Below the pieces are notes generated by a model. It did no database searches. It worked only from the letters and a program-made list of their open reading frames with translations, and was not told the origin of the DNA. From Parasynechococcus marenigrum WH 8102 (GTDB lineage: Bacteria > Cyanobacteriota > Cyanobacteriia > PCC-6307 > Cyanobiaceae), in NCBI RefSeq assembly GCF_000195975.1, contig NC_005070.1:1080001-1112000 (forward strand): a DNA stretch of 32,000 nucleotides, written 5' to 3'. The translations under genes were made by a program, and so were the position numbers. Shown here piece by piece: positions 1 through 8,811 of this stretch (its first letter is position 1; every line of letters starts with the position of its first letter).

Positions 1-1625
1 CGGTCTATGGATTGACGGAAGGGGTTGCGGCAGACCGCTTCCGTCAACTGATCGACCAGGTGTTGCCCCTAGCTCGGGCCTGGCCTGACCCCCTCAACCA
101 GACCGAGCGCCGGGATTGGTCGTTGGTCAGCCTGCCGGAAGCGTTTCAGGGACTGCATGCACCGGATGATCCCAGCCAGTTGGATCAGGCCCGGCGTCGG
201 CTGGTCTTTGATGAATTCCTTCTGTTGCAGCTCGGTCTGTTGCGGCGTCGACGCACCCTGAGCCAGCGTCCTTGTCCCCAGCTCGAGTTGATCCGTCGCG
301 GTGATGGGCTCGTGGGGAAATTTCTGGCTTCCCTGCCCTTTGCCTTCACCGCTGCACAGGAGCGGGTCTTCGGCGAAATCGAGGCCGATCTGCAGCGTTC
401 CCAGCCGATGGCCCGGCTGGTGCAGGGGGATGTCGGTTCCGGTAAAACCGTCGTAGCCATTGCGGCGTTGCTAAGCACCATCAGTTCCGGCTGGCAGGGC
501 GCCTTGATGGCTCCGACGGAGGTTCTGGCCGAACAACACCACCGCAACCTTTGCCGCTGGCTTCCCCCACTGCATGTGACGGTTGAGTTGCTCACCGGCG
601 CGACGCCGAAAACCAAACGGCGCCAACTGCTGGATGACCTGGCCAACGGCTCCCTCAAGGTTCTGGTGGGGACCCATGCCCTGCTGGAGGATCCGGTGGT
701 GTTTTCCCGCCTGGGACTGGTGGTGGTGGATGAGCAGCACCGCTTCGGCGTGCACCAGCGGGACCGACTGCTCAACAAGGGTCTGCAGCCCCATCTGCTC
801 ACGATGACCGCCACCCCGATCCCCCGCACCCTGGCCCTGTCCCTCCATGGCGACCTGGACGTGAGTCAGATCGACGAACTCCCGCCAGGACGGACACCCA
901 TCCGCACCGCCATGCTCACGGCAGCGCAGCGGTCGCAGGCCTACGAGTTGATCCGTGAGGAGGTGGCCCGTGGCCAACGGGCCTATGTGGTTTTGCCCCT
1001 GGTGGAGGAATCCGAGAAACTAGAACTGCGATCAGCTGTTGAGGTTCACGCTGAACTGGCCTCGGAGGTGTTCCCGGAGCTGACGCTCGGTTTGTTGCAC
1101 GGCCGCTTGAACAGTGCGGATAAGCAGTCGGTGCTGCGGGACTTTGCCGATGGCCGCAGCCAGGTGCTCGTGTCCACCACGGTGGTGGAAGTGGGTGTGG
1201 ATGTGCCCGAGGCCAGCGTGATGGTGATCGACCACGCCGAACGTTTCGGATTGGCCCAGTTGCATCAGCTGCGAGGCAGGGTCGGCCGTGGGGCGGCCGC
1301 CTCCCACTGCCTGTTGATCAATGGCAGTTCCAACCCCCTGGCCCGTCAGCGCCTGGATGTGCTGGTGTGCTCCAACGATGGCTTCGAGATCGCCGAGATG
1401 GACCTTCGCCTGCGGGGGCCAGGTCAGGTGCTGGGAACCCGACAATCCGGCCTTCCCGATCTGGCACTGGCCAGCCTTGCTGATGATGGTGCGGTGCTTG
1501 AGGATGCCCGTGCAGCGGCGCAACAGCTGATGGAGCAGGACCCGGATCTGTCCGCTCATCAAGTCCTCCTGGCCTTGTTGGAGGAACAGCAACGTCGGCT
1601 CAGCGGAGCGGCACCCCTGAATTGA
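1..1625 (+). CDS. recG: ATP-dependent DNA helicase RecG, 5'-truncated by the window edge
   Basis: The reading frame is open from base 1 with no stop before the listed ORF at 12. It has Walker A GDVGSGKT, a DEQHRFG (DEAH-like) box, TATPIPRT and a helicase C domain (VSTTVVEVGVDVP, QLHQLRGRVGRG), typical of RecG. Confidence 0.9.
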   Translation, partial: VYGLTEGVAADRFRQLIDQVLPLARAWPDPLNQTERRDWSLVSLPEAFQGLHAPDDPSQLDQARRRLVFDEFLLLQLGLLRRRRTLSQRPCPQLELIRRGDGLVGKFLASLPFAFTAAQERVFGEIEADLQRSQPMARLVQGDVGSGKTVVAIAALLSTISSGWQGALMAPTEVLAEQHHRNLCRWLPPLHVTVELLTGATPKTKRRQLLDDLANGSLKVLVGTHALLEDPVVFSRLGLVVVDEQHRFGVHQRDRLLNKGLQPHLLTMTATPIPRTLALSLHGDLDVSQIDELPPGRTPIRTAMLTAAQRSQAYELIREEVARGQRAYVVLPLVEESEKLELRSAVEVHAELASEVFPELTLGLLHGRLNSADKQSVLRDFADGRSQVLVSTTVVEVGVDVPEASVMVIDHAERFGLAQLHQLRGRVGRGAAASHCLLINGSSNPLARQRLDVLVCSNDGFEIAEMDLRLRGPGQVLGTRQSGLPDLALASLADDGAVLEDARAAAQQLMEQDPDLSAHQVLLALLEEQQRRLSGAAPLN

Positions 1626-1636
1626 CCCGTTTAACC

Positions 1637-2365
1637 ATGGTTGGTTTCAGCAAGCCCATGCGTCCCTGGAGTGATCGTCCGATTCACGACAACGGGGAGC
1701 CCCTTGTGGCGCTGCCGCCAACCCTGTTGCGACTCGAACCACACCCGTACGTCGCGGCTGGTGCCCCCTATGGCCCTAGCGCAGATCCCTTTCAGTTGCG
1801 CTCCGGTGTGGTGGATCGCCTCCTGGCAGCGCAACAGGACCTTCAGGCAAGGCAATCCGACCTGCTGCTGGCCATTTTTGATGCCTGGCGGCCGCTGGCC
1901 GTTCAGGCCTACATGGTGGAGCAGGCGGTGACGGCTGAAATCAATCGACGCGGCATCGATCGGGCTGACCGCGAACAAGTCGCTGCTGTGCGTCAAGCGG
2001 TCGGTCGCTTCTGGGCGCCACCGAGCCCTGATCCCTCCACACCGCCTCCCCGTAGCACCGGTGCCGCCGTGGATCTCACCCTCGCCAGCCAAAGCGATGG
2101 AGGTCCATTGGCGATGGGGGGCGAGATCGACGCCGTTGATGTCATCTCAGAACCTGACCATTACGCCGCTGCTGCGCCGGATTCGGAAGAGGCGCTCTGG
2201 CATCAGAGGCGGAAGCTTCTGGCGTCTGTGATGCAGTCAGCCGGTTTTGCTCAGCATCCCAATGAGTGGTGGCACTTCAGCCACGGAGATCAGCTCTGGG
2301 CGTGGCGCAGTGCTGCCGGTTGTGCGATCTATGCTGCAGCACCCAGCAGCTCACTCACCGCCTGA
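1637..2365 (+). CDS. D-alanyl-D-alanine dipeptidase family protein (VanX/DdpX, peptidase M15D-like)
   Basis: It has the C-terminal NEWWHFSHGD motif (ExxH of VanX) and a GAAVDLTL block matching GxAxD of the SxHxxGxAxD zinc motif. The His position reads Arg (see findings). The ORF track starts at TTG 1622, overlapping the recG stop; the first ATG is at 1637. Confidence 0.7.
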   Translation: MVGFSKPMRPWSDRPIHDNGEPLVALPPTLLRLEPHPYVAAGAPYGPSADPFQLRSGVVDRLLAAQQDLQARQSDLLLAIFDAWRPLAVQAYMVEQAVTAEINRRGIDRADREQVAAVRQAVGRFWAPPSPDPSTPPPRSTGAAVDLTLASQSDGGPLAMGGEIDAVDVISEPDHYAAAAPDSEEALWHQRRKLLASVMQSAGFAQHPNEWWHFSHGDQLWAWRSAAGCAIYAAAPSSSLTA

Positions 2366-4086
2366 TCACCAAGTTTTTCAACGTGATCGCCGAGGCTGCG
2401 GCGACCGCCGGCTTGCTTCCAGCTGATCAGCAGAGGTTCGATGGTCTGCTCGAGCTCGTCCAGAGGCATGCGTTGCAGGAAGGGCTGGGCCAGCCGCTGC
2501 AAATTGGCACTGCCGCCGAGCCACAGCTGGTACTGATTCACACCGCTGCCCACTAGGGCCAGTTCCGCCATGTAAGGGCGTGCACAGCCGTTGGGGCACC
2601 CGGTCATCCGGATCAGCACCGATTTGTCGATCTCGAGGCGACGCAGCTGGGCATCGAGGCGCTCCAGCACGCTGGGCAGGATGCGCTCCGATTCTGTGAT
2701 GGCCAGCCCGCAGGTGGGCAGAGCCGGGCAGGCAATGGCATGGCGGGCCAGTGGAGGGGGAGCATCGGGCAGATCGAACCCGAGAGCCGCCAGCTCAGCC
2801 TTGATCGTGGCCCGCTGGGCCGTGCCGATGTTGCAGAGCAGTAGATCCTGATTCGCCGTGAGGCGGATCTCCAGTTGGTAGGTGTCGACGATGGCGCGCA
2901 GGCCCTGCTTCATCGTGCCCTTCAACCGACCACAGAGAAGCGGCAGACCGACGAACCACAGGCCAGCTTTCTGTCGGTGCCAGCCCAGGTAGTCGAGCAA
3001 CTTGGGTTTGGCTTCGTTGCGGAAACCCTTCAGCGGTCTGGAGAAGTAGTTCGCCTTGAGCTCATTGCGGAACCAGGCGATACCGCGATCCTCCAGCAGA
3101 TATTTCATACGGGCATGACGACGGATGCGGCGATCGCCGTGATCCCGCTGCAGCGCCACAATTGCCTGGAGAAGGTCGAAGACGTCAGCGGCGTCCACGT
3201 AGCCAAGGGGATCGGCGATGCGCGCGAACGTTTCCTCTTTGTTGTGGGTGCGGCCCATGCCGCCCCCCACATAGACGTTGCAGCCCCGTAGATCGCCGGA
3301 GGGGTCGGTGAAGGCCACCAGCCCGATGTCCTGGGTCAGCAGATCCACCGAGTTGTCACCGGGGACGGTGACGGCCACCTTGAATTTTCGGGGCAGGTAG
3401 GTGTCGCCGTAGAGCGGTTCAGCTTCACTGCCGGAGAACACGCCTGGCTCCAGTTGGCGCTTGCGGGCCCGGCGAACCGCGGCTGGCGGGCTGAAGCGAT
3501 AGCTGAGGTCGCCGTCAACCCAGAGGTCGAGGTAAGAACCTTCAGCCGCTTCCGGACTCAGCAGATCGGCAATCTCGTCGGCCAACCGCCGTGCAGCTGG
3601 GTAGCCACCTTTTTCGAACGGGGCCGCCGGGGCCATCACGTTGCGGTTGATGTCACCACAGGCAGCCAGGGTGGAACCCAGGTTGCGAACGATGGTGCCG
3701 ATCACCTCTTTCAGGTCGGCCTTGGGAATGCCGTGCATCTGGAAGGCCTGCCGGGTGGTCGCCCGCAGGGTGCCGTCCCCCAGCCGATCGGAAAGCTCGT
3801 CGAGAGCTAAAAATAACTGGGCCGGGATGCGGCCACCAGGGCTGCGCAGCCGCAGCATCATCTGCCAGGTCTTGTCTTTCCCCTTCTCGCGTTTATCGCG
3901 GTCGTCCTGCTGATAGCTGCCGTGGAACTTGAGGATCTGCAGAGCGTCTTCGCTGAAATTGGGTAGATCATTCGCCAGTTCGCTCAGCAGCGGCTCCCGC
4001 AGGTAGTCGCTGTCCAGCTTGCGTTGTTCCGCTTTCGGAAGACTGGTTGCGGTCTCCTGTTGTGCAGCTGCAGCCCCGTCGCCCAC
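2329..4086 (-). CDS. sir: Ferredoxin-sulfite reductase (siroheme/4Fe-4S)
   Basis: It carries ILKFHGSYQQDDRDKR and the two Cys clusters CPALPTCGLA and TGCPNGCARP, diagnostic of the sulfite/nitrite reductase hemoprotein family. The track ORF runs to 4191 and would overlap the divergent glyS start. An in-frame GTG at 4086 leaves 27 aa before YLREP, a typical Sir N-terminus. Confidence 0.9.
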   Translation of the reverse strand: MGDGAAAAQQETATSLPKAEQRKLDSDYLREPLLSELANDLPNFSEDALQILKFHGSYQQDDRDKREKGKDKTWQMMLRLRSPGGRIPAQLFLALDELSDRLGDGTLRATTRQAFQMHGIPKADLKEVIGTIVRNLGSTLAACGDINRNVMAPAAPFEKGGYPAARRLADEIADLLSPEAAEGSYLDLWVDGDLSYRFSPPAAVRRARKRQLEPGVFSGSEAEPLYGDTYLPRKFKVAVTVPGDNSVDLLTQDIGLVAFTDPSGDLRGCNVYVGGGMGRTHNKEETFARIADPLGYVDAADVFDLLQAIVALQRDHGDRRIRRHARMKYLLEDRGIAWFRNELKANYFSRPLKGFRNEAKPKLLDYLGWHRQKAGLWFVGLPLLCGRLKGTMKQGLRAIVDTYQLEIRLTANQDLLLCNIGTAQRATIKAELAALGFDLPDAPPPLARHAIACPALPTCGLAITESERILPSVLERLDAQLRRLEIDKSVLIRMTGCPNGCARPYMAELALVGSGVNQYQLWLGGSANLQRLAQPFLQRMPLDELEQTIEPLLISWKQAGGRRSLGDHVEKLGDQAVSELLGAAA

Positions 4087-4159
4087 GCGCTTCCGGTGTT
4101 GATGAATTGAACGTAGCGAAACGGATTCCAATACAGTCGCAAACGGCAATGTTGGCGGC

Positions 4160-6322
4160 GTGACTTCAACCTTTCTTCTGGAGATCGGCACGGAGGAATT
4201 ACCGGCCGATTTCGCCCGTCAGGCCCTTGATCAACTGCAGGATCGTGTGGGTCGTGATCTGCTGGATAGCCGTCTCGATCACAAGTCAGTTCAGGTGTTG
4301 GGCACACCCCGTCGCTTGGTGGTACGGGTGCATGGTTTGGCGGATCGCCAACCGGACCTCGAAGAAGATCAAAAGGGGCCTCCGATCGCCCAGGCCTTCA
4401 AGGATGGAGTTCCGGGGCCGGCTGCGATCGGCTTTTCCAAACGCTGCGGTGTGGATCCGTCGCAGCTCGAGGTGCGCAATACCCCCAAGGGCGAATGTGT
4501 GTTCGCAAGCGTGCGGACCGAGGGGCAGAACAGCGTTGACCTGCTGCAGGAGCTCATCCCCGCCTGGATCAATGGTCTTCAGGGCAGACGCTTCATGCGC
4601 TGGGGAACGGGAAGCCAACGCTTCAGCCGACCGATTCGCTGGCTGCTGGCCCTGAAGGGTGTCGATCTGATCCCGGTGGAGATCCCCGGTGCGGATCCGC
4701 CGGTTCGCAGTGATCGCTTCAGTCGCGGCCATCGCCTGCATGGTGATCAACCTCTGCCGATCGACACCGCAGAGGATTACGACGACACCCTCGCAGCGGC
4801 TGGCGTGATCGTTGATCGCCAGCAACGGGCTGCCCTGATTCGATCTCAGCTCGATGCTTCAGCCGATCAGCTGAACGGTCTTCCGGATTGCCCCGAGTCT
4901 CTGTTTGAAGAGCTTGTGGATCTCGTTGAATCACCGCGGCTGCTGCAGGGATCCATCGCTGAGCGGTTTCTGTCACTGCCACCGGAAGTGATCATCACCG
5001 TGATGCAGGCCCATCAGCGCTATGTGCCGCTGAAGGTTCCCGAGGTCACACCGGATCCGCTGCAACTGGAGGCCACGGTGGTTCTCCAACGGGACTTTCT
5101 GCTTGTGGGCAATGGTCTTGAGGCCGCGGATGCACTGATCACCCGAGGCAATGAACGGGTTCTCGCTGCTCGGTTGGCGGATGCGGAGTTCTTCCTCTCC
5201 GTGGACCGACGTCAGCCCAGCAGTGCGCGTCGAGAGGCTCTGGATCGGGTCACCTTCGCCGAGGGGCTGGGCAGCCTGCTCGATCGTTGCCAGCGGATCG
5301 AGCGCACTGCCCGTCAGTTGGTGGACCAGCTCAACCTGGATGCGCATCAAGGGGAGGCGGCCATCCGAGCTGCCCATTTCTGCAAGCACGATCTTGTAAG
5401 CCAGATGGTTGGTGAGTTTCCTGAGCTTCAGGGACTCATGGGTGGCAAATACTTGCTTGAGGAGGGGGAGCCAACGGAGGTCGCCCTGGCGGTGGTGGAG
5501 CACTATCTGCCGCGCGGCGCAGGTGATCAGCTCCCCAGCAGTGATGCGGGTGCCGTGGTGGCGCTGGCGGAACGCCTGGAATTGCTGTTAAGCATCTTTG
5601 CCAAGGGTGAACGTCCCAGCGGTTCATCGGATCCCTATGCCCTGCGGCGCGCTGGCAATGGCCTGTTGCAGATCGTCTGGGACCGTGGCTGGAGGCTCGA
5701 TCTGAGCCGCTTCCTGGGCTCAGCGGTGGAGGACTGGGCTGCTTTGTTCCCGGAGTTCGCCATCGACAGCTCAGCACTCCACCAGGATCTTTGCCAGCTG
5801 CTGCGGCAGCGGATTGTTTCCCAGTTGGAGGACGAGGGCTTTGTTCCGGATCTTGTCCAGGCGGTCTCCGCAGAGTCGGTGGCGACGGAGCGGTTGCTGG
5901 CTGACCCCATGGATGTACGCGAGCGGCTCGACCTGCTGAATGCTCTGCGTCAATCGAAGGCGTTGCCGGGATTGATGGCCGTGGTTCAGAGGGCTGCGCG
6001 GCTGGCGGAGAAGGGTGATCTGGTTGAGACCGATCTCACGGTGTCGGCGGTGGTGTCACCCGAGCGGTTTGAGTCTCCCAGTGAAACGGCGATGTACGAG
6101 GTGCTCGTGCAGCTCGAGCCCCTTGCCTCAGGACGCCGCTATCGCGAGCTAGCTGAGGCATTGGTGCAGGCCACCCCAGTGCTGGAAGCCTTCTTCGATG
6201 GCGATGACAGCGTGATGGTGATGGCTGATGACCCCGAACTGCGCCGGAACAGGCTCAATCTTCTTGGGGTGCTGCGCAATCAAGCTGGCGTGCTGGCACG
6301 GTTCGATCTGATCCAGATCTGA
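4160..6322 (+). CDS. glyS: Glycine--tRNA ligase beta subunit
   Basis: It is 720 aa with an N-terminal FLLEIGTEELPA signature and the motifs FSRGHR and PYALRR. The start codon is GTG. Confidence 0.93.
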   Translation: MTSTFLLEIGTEELPADFARQALDQLQDRVGRDLLDSRLDHKSVQVLGTPRRLVVRVHGLADRQPDLEEDQKGPPIAQAFKDGVPGPAAIGFSKRCGVDPSQLEVRNTPKGECVFASVRTEGQNSVDLLQELIPAWINGLQGRRFMRWGTGSQRFSRPIRWLLALKGVDLIPVEIPGADPPVRSDRFSRGHRLHGDQPLPIDTAEDYDDTLAAAGVIVDRQQRAALIRSQLDASADQLNGLPDCPESLFEELVDLVESPRLLQGSIAERFLSLPPEVIITVMQAHQRYVPLKVPEVTPDPLQLEATVVLQRDFLLVGNGLEAADALITRGNERVLAARLADAEFFLSVDRRQPSSARREALDRVTFAEGLGSLLDRCQRIERTARQLVDQLNLDAHQGEAAIRAAHFCKHDLVSQMVGEFPELQGLMGGKYLLEEGEPTEVALAVVEHYLPRGAGDQLPSSDAGAVVALAERLELLLSIFAKGERPSGSSDPYALRRAGNGLLQIVWDRGWRLDLSRFLGSAVEDWAALFPEFAIDSSALHQDLCQLLRQRIVSQLEDEGFVPDLVQAVSAESVATERLLADPMDVRERLDLLNALRQSKALPGLMAVVQRAARLAEKGDLVETDLTVSAVVSPERFESPSETAMYEVLVQLEPLASGRRYRELAEALVQATPVLEAFFDGDDSVMVMADDPELRRNRLNLLGVLRNQAGVLARFDLIQI

Positions 6323-6380
6323 CAATGTTTGAGTCAGCCTGAATGTGTCGAGCTACTCAGTGCGGGTATGCGCAATCCCC

Positions 6381-6575
6381 ATGCCTGACGAGATCAAGCA
6401 TGGTGAAAATGGTCTCGGCACTATCGTCGCAGCACTGATCATTGCGGCTGCAGCGATTTACGCGATCAATGTCTTGACCTCTACCCGCAAGGAAAGGGCT
6501 CCCAGTCGCAATCTGGAAGAAGGCATCGAGCGGATCAAAGATGCCGCCAGCAAGGCGGCCGCAGAGCGTCAGTGA
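6381..6575 (+). CDS. Small single-pass membrane protein (hypothetical)
   Basis: An ATG at 6381 lies inside the track ORF 6345..6575. One hydrophobic helix (GTIVAALIIAAAAIYAINVL) is followed by a charged tail, and a strong intrinsic terminator follows 15 nt after the stop. Confidence 0.35.
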   Translation: MPDEIKHGENGLGTIVAALIIAAAAIYAINVLTSTRKERAPSRNLEEGIERIKDAASKAAAERQ

Positions 6576-6589
6576 TCGAGCCGGGCAGG

Positions 6590-6617
6590 GCCACCGTCAG
6601 CTGACGGTGGCTTTTTT
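6590..6617 (+). terminator. Rho-independent terminator for the glyS/small-ORF transcript; overlaps the 3' end of convergent chlP
   Basis: A perfect 22-nt palindrome GCCACCGTCAGCTGACGGTGGC (6590-6611) is followed directly by TTTTTT (6612-6617). Confidence 0.65.
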
Positions 6618-7949
6618 GTCTTCGCGTTTGGCCTGAGCCTTGACGGCCTGAACGGCTTCTTCAGCCAGGAAGTCTCCATCGGAGCGACCCACCGCTGATG
6701 GCACGGGGGTGTAGTTCGACGGTGCCAGCGCTTCACCGCGCAGCAGGCTGCCGAGGGTGCGGAGCGTCAGCTTCATCTGCTGCCAAGGGTTCATCAGCAC
6801 CACGCGCTTGTAGAGGTAGCTGTCGAAGGTGAGCTTCTGAACGTCCCTGTCGTCGCACATTTCGACGAAGGCCTCCCGAGCTGCGTCGTTGCGGTAAAAG
6901 ATGCGCTGAAGGATGTCGAGAACGGCGTACGTAGCCCCGTACTTGCGGTCCCACCGCTTGAGATAGGTGGATTTGATTTGCTTCTCGGTGGGAATCACCG
7001 TGCCGTTCTTGGAGATCTCAACGATGGCCTCCGCGCACATCCGTCCACTCTTGGCGGCGAAATAAATGCCCTCACCGGAACTCTTGGTGACGTAGCCGGC
7101 GGCGTCACCCACAAGAGCCATCCGTCCCACCACACGGCGGGGACGGGGGTGCTCGGGGATCGGATGGGCTTCGACCTTGATCACTTCGCCTTTGAACAGG
7201 CGCTTGTTCGCCCGCTCCCGAATGCCCTTCTGCAGACCTTTGATCAGGCTCTGGTTCTGCTGCATGGTGCCGGTGCCCACGGCCACGTGGTCGTATTTGG
7301 GGAAGACCCAGGCGTAGAAGTCTGGTGAAACGTCGGTGCCGACATACATCTCGGCCAGATCTTCGTAGTAGGTCATCTCCTCAGCCGGCAGTTTGATCCG
7401 CTCCTGGAAGGCGATGGCCACGTTGTAGTCACCGGCATCCATGGCCTTGGCGACCCGGGAGTTGGCCCCATCGGCGCCGATGATCAGATCCACGTCGAGG
7501 GTTTTCTGGTCACCGGTTGGTCCACCGCCGCTGTAGTCGGCGTAATGAAGCGTGTACGGACCCTGGCGGTTGCTGCCGGTGTCGATTTTCTGAACCAGTC
7601 CATTCACCAGCGTGGTGCCAAGGTCAGCGGCACGGTTGCGCAGGTAGGCGTCAAACACCTCACGACGGCACATGCCGATGTAGGCGTTGTCGTCGTAACC
7701 AAGGGGATCGAGTTTGATGTCCACCTCCCGATTGGAAGGGGAAATCATCTTCATGTTGCGGACCTTGCGGTCGATGATGTCGTCCGGCAGGTCAAATTCC
7801 TCGACCATGCAAAGAGGAATCGCACCACCACAGGGCTTGGCGTTGTCCAGCTTGCGTTCAAACAGCCAGGTTTGGATTCCAGCTTTGGCAAGAATTTCGG
7901 CAGCGCAGGATCCGCTAGGACCGCCGCCGATAACCGCAACACGCAACAT
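6597..7949 (-). CDS. chlP: Geranylgeranyl diphosphate/chlorophyll reductase
   Basis: It has an N-terminal FAD fold (RVAVIGGGPSGSCAAEILAKAG), then KPCGGAIPLCMV and GDAAGYVTKSSGEGIYFAAKSG, typical of cyanobacterial/plant ChlP. Confidence 0.93.
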   Translation of the reverse strand: MLRVAVIGGGPSGSCAAEILAKAGIQTWLFERKLDNAKPCGGAIPLCMVEEFDLPDDIIDRKVRNMKMISPSNREVDIKLDPLGYDDNAYIGMCRREVFDAYLRNRAADLGTTLVNGLVQKIDTGSNRQGPYTLHYADYSGGGPTGDQKTLDVDLIIGADGANSRVAKAMDAGDYNVAIAFQERIKLPAEEMTYYEDLAEMYVGTDVSPDFYAWVFPKYDHVAVGTGTMQQNQSLIKGLQKGIRERANKRLFKGEVIKVEAHPIPEHPRPRRVVGRMALVGDAAGYVTKSSGEGIYFAAKSGRMCAEAIVEISKNGTVIPTEKQIKSTYLKRWDRKYGATYAVLDILQRIFYRNDAAREAFVEMCDDRDVQKLTFDSYLYKRVVLMNPWQQMKLTLRTLGSLLRGEALAPSNYTPVPSAVGRSDGDFLAEEAVQAVKAQAKREDKKATVS

Positions 7950-8058
7950 CTCAGCCCAACTCCGCTGGATTGTTTTTTGAAGCTACCACTCAGTTGATAG
8001 CCAACGTGGGCCCCCCCTGGCACCCGCCCTTACGATCGAAACAACACGCATCAGCCCA

Positions 8059-8811
8059 GTGGCCCGGGCCTCCTCCGCGCGACGCCATCCAAGCGGAGAC
8101 ATTCCCGTTGCCCGTCGGGCCGGAGCAGCCCGGCAGCGACGTCGTGGATCGGGTTCCCTTGTCGGCCTGGTCGCTGTTGTGGCGGTGGTTGCCGGCGGTG
8201 TAACGGTGCTGTTAGGGACCAACCGCACAGCACCGGTGCAACCGGCGCAGTCGTTGGGAATTGAGGGGTTCCGGCAGCGTCCCGACGAGGACGGGCGATT
8301 GTTGGGGCATTTCCCCTACGAAGAAGTTCCCCTTGATCAGCTCGTCAGCTTCGAGCCCGGCATTGTGCTTCACCTGGATGCAGCGAATGCTCTGGACGCG
8401 ATGTTGCAGGCCGGCCTGGCTGAGGGCGTCGATCTTCGTCTCTTAAGCGGTTATCGCTCCCTGGCGTTGCAGGAGTCGATCTTTTTCGACATCGCCTCGG
8501 AACGGAACCAGACGGCGGAGGAACGGGCGCAGGTTTCGGCACCACCCGGGTACTCCGAGCACAGCACTGGCTATGCGATCGATCTTGGTGATGGAGAGGC
8601 ACCCGAGACCAATCTTTCTCAGAGCTTTGAGCAGACCAGAGCTTTTCGCTGGCTTCAGGACAACGCTGCGCGCTACCACTTCATTCTTTCGTTTCCCAGG
8701 GGGAATCAGCAGGGGGTGATGTATGAGCCCTGGCATTGGCGCTTTCAAGGCACGGCCGAGGCATTGCGTCAGTTTGAGGCAGCCCGACGCTTCACCTCTC
8801 GACGCCTTTGA
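8059..8811 (+). CDS. D-alanyl-D-alanine carboxypeptidase, VanY/peptidase M15B family, with N-terminal membrane anchor
   Basis: It has the motifs SGYRSLALQ, SEHSTGYAIDL and EPWHWRF (the HxxxxxxD...H zinc site of VanY-type enzymes) and a TM segment LVGLVAVVAVVAGGVTVLL. The GTG start is uncertain. Confidence 0.75.
   Translation: MARASSARRHPSGDIPVARRAGAARQRRRGSGSLVGLVAVVAVVAGGVTVLLGTNRTAPVQPAQSLGIEGFRQRPDEDGRLLGHFPYEEVPLDQLVSFEPGIVLHLDAANALDAMLQAGLAEGVDLRLLSGYRSLALQESIFFDIASERNQTAEERAQVSAPPGYSEHSTGYAIDLGDGEAPETNLSQSFEQTRAFRWLQDNAARYHFILSFPRGNQQGVMYEPWHWRFQGTAEALRQFEAARRFTSRRL

Noticed and set aside
2329-2365. A 37-nt overlap between the 3' ends of the convergent dipeptidase and sir genes.
   Set aside because: Tail-to-tail overlaps occur in compact picocyanobacterial genomes. 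No additional structure or signal is visible there.
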